From NCBI GenBank assembly GCA_039589315.1, contig JBDHHQ010000018.1, positions 1 through 64,000 of the forward strand: a stretch of DNA of 64,000 nucleotides, read 5' to 3'. Positions 58,180-64,000 of the stretch are shown here, piece after piece (the stretch's first letter is position 1; every line of letters starts with the position of its first letter). Origin of the DNA: Gemmatimonadota bacterium (GTDB taxonomy: Bacteria; Gemmatimonadota; Gemmatimonadetes; Longimicrobiales; Gaopeijiaceae). Below the pieces are notes generated by a model, which ran no database searches, was not told the DNA's origin, and worked only from the letters and a program-made list of their open reading frames with translations. Both the position numbers and the translations under genes were made by a program.

Positions 58180-60345
58180 TCAGGCCGTGGGCGGGTCGCC
58201 CCCGTCTCCCTCGCCCGTCATGGCCGGGACGTAGTACAGGTTGGCGTATTCCTTCAGCATCCGGTCGGTGGCGAACTGGCGGCCCGCTACCCACAGGGCG
58301 TGCTTCATCCGCTGGACCCACCCCACCGGGATGCCTCTTCGGTCCCGTAGGTGATACAACGGGACTACCTCGTCCTCGAGCAGATTGAACAGTTGGTCCC
58401 AGTCGTCCTCGTCGGGGTCCGTGAGGTCGGGCGCGGTGGGAATCGCCCAGCCGTTGATGCCGCTGAAGCCCTCGGCCCACCAGCCGTCCAACGTCCCGAG
58501 CTGTGGGACCATGTTCAGCGCCGCCTTCATGCCGCTGGTGCCCGAGGCCTCTTTCGGCACGCGGGGCAGGTTCAGCCACACGTCCACGCCTTCGTAGAGG
58601 GCGTGGGCCAGGTGCATCTCGTAGTCCTCCACGAAGGCGATGCGGCCTCCGAACCTGGGGTCCCGGGCCAGCATGTAGACCTTCTGCAGGATGCGCTTGC
58701 CATCGTCGTCCGCCGGGTGCGCCTTCCCGGCGAACACGATCTGCACCGGGCGCCAGGGGTTGGTGACCAGGCGGTGCAAGCGCGATTCGACCCGCAGGAA
58801 CAGGTCGGCCCGCTTGTAGGCCGCGAACCGGCGGGCGAAGCCGAGGGTCAGGGCCTCGGGGTCCAGCAGGGGGCCGGCAGCAGCCAGGTGTCCCGCCGCG
58901 GGCCACCGGTCCTTCCAGCGGCGCCTCGCTTGCTCCCGGATGAACCGGAAGGTCTGGAGCTTGAGCTTCTGGTGCAGCTCCCAGACGTGGACGTCGTCCA
59001 GAGACAATACGCGGTCCCATAGGCCGGGCTCGTCCATGCGGCTGGCCCATCCCTTGCCCAACGCGCCGTCCAGGAGATGCTCCACGCCGGAGGACATCCA
59101 GGTCGAACGATGCACCCCGTTGGTCACGTGCCCGATGGGAACGTCCTCGGCTCGCCGACCCGGCCAGAGCTCCGTCCACATGCGTCGGCTCTCCGCGCCG
59201 TGCCGCTTCGACACGCCGTTCACGCCCCTGCTGAGTCGAATCGCGCACGCCGTCATATGGAACCGAGCGCCATCCGAGACGGGGGCATGCCCCAGCTTCA
59301 TGAAGGTGGCCTCGTCGACGCCCAGGTCTTCCCAGACGGGGCCCACGCACCGCTCGATCTGCTCGACCGTGAAGGTGTCGTGACCCGCCGGCACGGGAGT
59401 GTGGGTCGTGAACACAGAGCGCGTCCGCACCTCCGACACGGCGTCCTCGAAGGCCATACCTGCCTGGATGAGCTCACGGATGCGCTCCACCATCATGAAC
59501 GCCGCGTGGCCTTCGTTGGCGTGCCAGCACGATGGCTCGATCCCGAGGGCGCGGAGCACCCGTACCCCCCCCACTCCCAGGATCCACTCCTGCCTGAGCC
59601 TCAGCTCTTCGCCAGTACCGTACAGCTTGCCGGTCAGGTCCCGGTCCTCTGTGTCGTTGGCCTCGAGGTTCGTGTCCAAGAGGAACACTCGGGTCCGGCC
59701 GACCCGCATCTCCCAGACCGCGAGCTCCACCGACCGGCCCTCGGTGACGACCGTCGCCAGGGTCTCGCCGCCCTCGGCGTTTCGCAGCCGCGTTAGTGGC
59801 ATGGCTTCGGGCTTGAACGACTCGTCTTCGGCCACTTGCCAACCCTCCTCGTCGATCCGCTGGTCGAAGTAGCCGCGGGCGTAGAGGAGGCCCACGCCCA
59901 CCATGGGGATCCCGAGGTCGGAGGCCGTCTTCACGTGGTCCCCGGCCAGGATCCCCAGCCCCCCCGAGTAGATGGGGACCGAGTTGTGGATCCCGAACTC
60001 GGCACAGAAGTACGCCACGGGCCGATCGTCCCGGGCCTTCACCTCTCGGTAGGCATCGGCGAACCACGTGTCGGCCGTGGTCTCCAGGGCGCCCATGGAC
60101 TGCATCACGGACCGGTATAGGTGCAGGAAGTCCGGGTCGTGGGCGCACGCCGCCAGTCGAGCCGGCTCCACGCGGTGCAGCAGCTGGATGGGGTCGTGGT
60201 GGGTCAGCGACCACAGGGTCGGGTCGATCCGCTTGAACATGCGGCGCGCGGAGGCGTTCCACGACCACGCGAGGTTCAAAGCGATGTCGGCGAGCCCCTG
60301 GATGGGGTCCGGGAGATACGGGATCTTGCGTCGGGCAGCGTTCAT
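58180..60345 (-). CDS. glgP: alpha-glucan (glycogen) phosphorylase
   Basis: YSGGLG.LAGDH, RLRQE, HANEGH, FTTHTPVPAGHD, TNGVH, FARRF..YKR, GKAHPAD, EASGTSGMKA. Confidence 0.96.
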   Translation of the reverse strand: MNAARRKIPYLPDPIQGLADIALNLAWSWNASARRMFKRIDPTLWSLTHHDPIQLLHRVEPARLAACAHDPDFLHLYRSVMQSMGALETTADTWFADAYREVKARDDRPVAYFCAEFGIHNSVPIYSGGLGILAGDHVKTASDLGIPMVGVGLLYARGYFDQRIDEEGWQVAEDESFKPEAMPLTRLRNAEGGETLATVVTEGRSVELAVWEMRVGRTRVFLLDTNLEANDTEDRDLTGKLYGTGEELRLRQEWILGVGGVRVLRALGIEPSCWHANEGHAAFMMVERIRELIQAGMAFEDAVSEVRTRSVFTTHTPVPAGHDTFTVEQIERCVGPVWEDLGVDEATFMKLGHAPVSDGARFHMTACAIRLSRGVNGVSKRHGAESRRMWTELWPGRRAEDVPIGHVTNGVHRSTWMSSGVEHLLDGALGKGWASRMDEPGLWDRVLSLDDVHVWELHQKLKLQTFRFIREQARRRWKDRWPAAGHLAAAGPLLDPEALTLGFARRFAAYKRADLFLRVESRLHRLVTNPWRPVQIVFAGKAHPADDDGKRILQKVYMLARDPRFGGRIAFVEDYEMHLAHALYEGVDVWLNLPRVPKEASGTSGMKAALNMVPQLGTLDGWWAEGFSGINGWAIPTAPDLTDPDEDDWDQLFNLLEDEVVPLYHLRDRRGIPVGWVQRMKHALWVAGRQFATDRMLKEYANLYYVPAMTGEGDGGDPPTA

Positions 60346-60740
60346 CGAGTCCGGCGGGACGGTTTCGTGATGGAGGGAGCGGCGCCGGTGCCGGCGCCGT
60401 ACGTCCGAGAGTGCGGAGCGGTATAATCTGTCACGAAGTGTCCTCGAGTTGAAGCGGCAGCGCGCTTCGACCGCAGGCCCGCGGACCGCGCCCGGTGGGA
60501 GCTCCAGACCCGGCGTCGTCCTCCGGTCAGCGGCCGCTCCGCTTCCACCGTCTTCGCCCCTTCCCAAATCTCCGATTCTCGATAGCATACGGATGACGGA
60601 ATAGACTCGCCGCCGCCCGACGGGCGCGGCGGGGTCGGAGGATCCTTCGTGACGCGCTCGTGACGTCCCGCTGCGAAAGCGTCATGCAAGCCTCGGTATC
60701 ATTCGGATAGACGACAACGCCATTTGGAATGAGGAGTTTC

Positions 60741-61067
60741 ATGAGCATCCGTGAGCAGCTTACCGCGTTCATCGAAGACCACACCGACGGATGGGACCAC
60801 GCCCAATGGATCGGGTTCCTGCAGACCCTGGACCAGCAGGGCATCGACGTAAGCGACCCGGACGATCTGGGCGTGAAGCTGGAGAGCGCCCGGCTGGGAT
60901 GGGAGCTTCGGCGCCGTGCGGTCCCGGGGCTGGGCCCCAAGCGCATCGATGCCGTGGTGGGCCGCTTCGGGTCTCTGTGGAGCCTCAAGCAGGCGACACC
61001 GGACGAGATCGCCGAGATCCCGACGATCCACAAAGGCCTGGCGGAGAAGCTGAGCGACGCTCTCTAG
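60741..61067 (+). CDS. small helix-hairpin-helix domain protein
   Basis: VPGLGPKR and A.IPTIHKGLAEKL HhH pair; GAGGAG RBS. Confidence 0.8.
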   Translation: MSIREQLTAFIEDHTDGWDHAQWIGFLQTLDQQGIDVSDPDDLGVKLESARLGWELRRRAVPGLGPKRIDAVVGRFGSLWSLKQATPDEIAEIPTIHKGLAEKLSDAL

Positions 61068-61094
61068 TCCACCTGTTTCCGACCCGCATGGCCT

Positions 61095-62693
61095 TCACTC
61101 CATTGAGGCCACGGAGGGTTCGAACAGGGACCGGGGGACGCCGTGGGTGTCCCGATTCGCCCCCGTCTCCCGATCCAGGATGGCCACCGTCGTCCGATAG
61201 AGGCGATCCGCCTCCTCCCGGCTGTTCCCGATGGACGTCACCCCCACTTTCCCGTACTGGGAAAGGGCGCCGATCATGAAGAATATGACGCCCTTGAGTG
61301 TCGAGTGGTTGAAGTGGATCCCGTGAGCCACCGTCAGATCGAAGAGGTCCTCGGGCAGCAGGCCACGATACGCCGGTGACTTGAGGTTGTCGGTGGCGTA
61401 GTAGTACTTGGCCTGGCCGTCCTCGGCCGTATACAGGCCGCTTTCCCTGTCGAACCGGCCACGGGCCAGGAACTCCAGGGCCATGAACGGCGGCGTGGTC
61501 CCGCCCATGCGCAGATTGATCTCCACGGCGTAGCTCTTCCAGGGCCGACCCTCGGATCTGGTGACGAGGAAGTCCACGCCGAAGCGCCCGATGACCCCGT
61601 TCCCCGCGAGCACTTGCCCGATGCGCTCCGCGTCGGCGCAGATCAGGGCGCGATAGTCGGCGTGGGCCGGAAACCGACATCCCAGGTAGACTTGTCCGGT
61701 GCTGCCCCCGAGGACCTGATCGTGGGTCGAGAGCACCGAGAGCTCGCCGTGGGGGTGGATGCGGAGCTGGACGCTCGGAGACACCACCTCGTCGTCCTCG
61801 ATCCACTCCTCGACGATGCCTGCCATCTCGCCGAGCTTGCCGAAGAAGCGATCCGGTGTCTCTCGTCCCCCCGGCCACTCGAGCTCCTCCAGACCTGCGC
61901 TCAGCGCGGCTCGCCGCTCCGGTCCCCCTACCGGAAGCTCGGCCGGGAACCGGTACACGCCGTTGCCCTCTCCGGCGAAGCTTTCGTTGAGCTTGAGGAC
62001 CGCCTTGCGGAGGGTCGGACGCCCCGTGACCAGGTCGTCGAGGGCGTCCACCACCTGATCCCGCGTGCGCAGATCGTTGACGCCCCGCGCGAGCGACACG
62101 CCTGCCTGTGCGAACACCTTGCGCGACCCCGATTTGGTGCCCATCCAGAGCAGTTCGGGATCGACCGAGTTCAAGGGAATGCCGAGCTCCACCGCCAGCC
62201 GGCGCTCCAGAATCGTGGAATTGTAGACGGTGAGGTAGGCCCGCTCGGGTGGCCCCATCCAGGACCGGATCCTCTCGATCACCCGGGGCCGGTCCAGGAT
62301 CTTCGCCGTGAGGGGCCTGGGGCTCGCATCGTAGAGGCAGAGCACCAGCAGACGGCTCAGGGCCCGGCCCAGGGGCACACCGGGGAGATGCTGCAGATAG
62401 TACTCGAGCGTTTCGGCATGGATGGGTTGGCTGGTGACGTAGACGGCACGGCCCGCGGGGTCGGCCAACCGGATCAGCGTGAAGAGGAGCCGTTCCTCGT
62501 AGAAGGCGGCACCCTCGACCTTCGCCAGCTCCTCCTGGTTGACGCTGACCGAGGGCACCACGACCGACGTGTGCGGCCAGGCCGGGTTGCTCCGCAGCCT
62601 TTCCGAGATGACCGGCAGGTGGGCCTTGAGCTCCTGAAAGCGGGCCAACTCCTCCGGCGAGCCCAGCTCACCGTACGGGGAGTCTGTGATCAT
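61095..62693 (-). CDS. PGM1-related ATP-grasp peptide ligase-like protein
   Basis: YEERLLF.L, WMGTKSGSRK.F, VLKLNESFAGEGN, SPSVQ, STHDQ.LGG, YLGCRFPA, EINLRMGGTT. Confidence 0.82.
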   Translation of the reverse strand: MITDSPYGELGSPEELARFQELKAHLPVISERLRSNPAWPHTSVVVPSVSVNQEELAKVEGAAFYEERLLFTLIRLADPAGRAVYVTSQPIHAETLEYYLQHLPGVPLGRALSRLLVLCLYDASPRPLTAKILDRPRVIERIRSWMGPPERAYLTVYNSTILERRLAVELGIPLNSVDPELLWMGTKSGSRKVFAQAGVSLARGVNDLRTRDQVVDALDDLVTGRPTLRKAVLKLNESFAGEGNGVYRFPAELPVGGPERRAALSAGLEELEWPGGRETPDRFFGKLGEMAGIVEEWIEDDEVVSPSVQLRIHPHGELSVLSTHDQVLGGSTGQVYLGCRFPAHADYRALICADAERIGQVLAGNGVIGRFGVDFLVTRSEGRPWKSYAVEINLRMGGTTPPFMALEFLARGRFDRESGLYTAEDGQAKYYYATDNLKSPAYRGLLPEDLFDLTVAHGIHFNHSTLKGVIFFMIGALSQYGKVGVTSIGNSREEADRLYRTTVAILDRETGANRDTHGVPRSLFEPSVASME

Positions 62694-63612
62694 GACGGAT
62701 CCGCGCCGGCGGAGGGATTTCGATCCACCACGAGATCCAGTGCCAGGAGGCCGGCCCCCCTGGCTCCGTCCACGCCCGCGTCGACGATGCCCAGCCCCGC
62801 GTCCGACAGAAGCGACCCCACCCGCTCACGCAGCGGGCCGCCGGGCGAGAGCAGGCCACCTGCCAGGGCGACGGGAGGGGACGCGACCTTCCACGGACCG
62901 AGGCGGTCCGCCAAGGTGGTCGCCTGGACAGCCAACGCCACGGCGGCCGCGACGAGCAGGCGGCCCGCCACGTCGTCGCTGGCCGCGGCCTCCGCCACGA
63001 CGGGCGCCAGGGCCGCGATGTCGCCCTTGCCCGCCTGGGACGCCCATGGGATCAACCCCTCCGGCGCGTCGACTCCGGCCGCTTCGAGGAGCAAGCGGGT
63101 GAGCTCGGTGGCGGGGCCGCGTCCGTCCCGGGCCCGAGCCACGGCTCGGAGACCCTCGAGACCCAGGTCGTACCCGCTGCCCTCGTCGCCCAGCAGGCTT
63201 CCCCACCCACCCACCCGGGCGACCCGGCCAGATTCGTTCCGGCCCCAGGCGATGGAGCCGGTGCCGGCGAGAAGCACGATGCCCGGACCGGTGCCCAAGG
63301 CGTCCCTGGCCGCAGCGGCCACGCCTCTCCCACGCCGGCGGTCGCCAGCGCAACGCGCAGGGCCGCCTTCACCTCGGGGCGCCCTCCCCCGGCGACCCCG
63401 GCGAAGAGCGCGGCGGCCGGGAGCGTCAGGCCCGCCTCGGCAGCGGCCGCCTCGGCCACCTGGTGGATGGAGCGAGCCACCTCCGCGGCGTTCGTCACGT
63501 CCAGCAGGGCGGCGCCACCGACGGCGCGACCCAGGAGCTGACCGTGGAGGCCCAGGGCCACCGCTTGCGTCCGGGTTCCACCGCCGTCCACTCCCACGAC
63601 GAAGGTGCTCAC
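62690..63612 (-). pseudogene. BadF/BadG/BcrA/BcrD-type N-acetylglucosamine-kinase-like gene, frameshifted near 63323
   Basis: N-half (GVDGGGTRT...AGVAG) and C-half (LLAGTGS, GGWG.LLGDEGSG) are in different frames; the connecting V.xD strand is missing at the junction. Confidence 0.75.
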
Positions 63613-64000
63613 GACGGGCCTCCGCCGCGGGCGGACCCCGGGTCCGGGGAAGCCGGCTCGACGCGCCGCGCCGAGGCGTGCGTGGCCGAAGCTCCTCGGC
63701 CGAGCACGCTCCCTACCACGAAGGTCACCACCGTGCCGATGAGCACGAACCACGGCCACGCCACGGCCTCGCGGGCGAAGACCCAGATCAGGGTCACGCT
63801 CCCGATGCCGGTGGCCATCCCGATGATGGCGCTCCGCTGGTCGGCCCGCGGAACCAGCACGCCCAGGGCGAACGCCCCGAGCAGGCCGCCGTAGACCAGG
63901 GACGCGACGCCCAGCGCCACCTCCACGGCAGGTGTGCCCTCCGAGAGCGGAATGAACAGCACGGCGCCCAGGACGAGCAGCGCGGACCAGAGCAAGGTGA
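63609..64000 (-). CDS. sodium:solute symporter family protein, C-terminal part (partial)
   Basis: YGGLLGAF.LG and AWPW...IG C-terminal helices; GTGA overlap with the kinase gene. Confidence 0.75.
   Translation of the reverse strand, partial: TLLWSALLVLGAVLFIPLSEGTPAVEVALGVASLVYGGLLGAFALGVLVPRADQRSAIIGMATGIGSVTLIWVFAREAVAWPWFVLIGTVVTFVVGSVLGRGASATHASARRVEPASPDPGSARGGGPS

Noticed and set aside
60684..60701. sigma54 promoter facing glgP
   Set aside because: TTGCA is present but the -24 GG is missing and the spacing is off by one.

Overview
A high-GC bacterial window; gene content and style suggest Gemmatimonadota, but that is an inference. The left half is mostly core genes: rnhB-rplS-trmD-rimM-rpsP-ffh, purA, a PilT/PilU ATPase, trpS, suhB, hsp20, asd-lysC-dapB-dapA-dapD and nadB. 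Accessory genes are interspersed: a GGT-family hydrolase, an outer-membrane DUF5916-type protein, an acylase, a DUF1854/ABC-exporter pair, LtrA, an orphan substrate-binding protein, catalase, and a PQQ dehydrogenase/diheme cytochrome c/amidohydrolase group. The right third (about 42-63 kb) is a glycogen locus (two GH57, glgA, glgB, glgP). Between glgB and glgP sits a 7-gene module: four ATP-grasp ligases, two serine esterases (one with a glycogen-binding-like N-terminal domain) and a peptidase-S51/cyanophycinase-like protein. A fifth, PGM1-like ATP-grasp gene lies just beyond glgP. This module is the best candidate for an uncharacterised system, possibly reversible amino-acyl/peptide decoration of alpha-glucan or a linked nitrogen-storage polymer. 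Signals missed by the ORF track: (1) an exported thioredoxin-fold selenoprotein candidate (in-frame TGA in W-U-A-G-C with a SECIS-like hairpin); (2) a 47-codon uORF with terminator/antiterminator in front of the ABC exporter; (3) a near-consensus sigma54 promoter for hsp20; (4) two gene remnants; (5) a frameshifted BadF-type sugar kinase. No rRNA, tRNA, CRISPR array or transposase was recognised. All family assignments come from motif recognition, not database searches.
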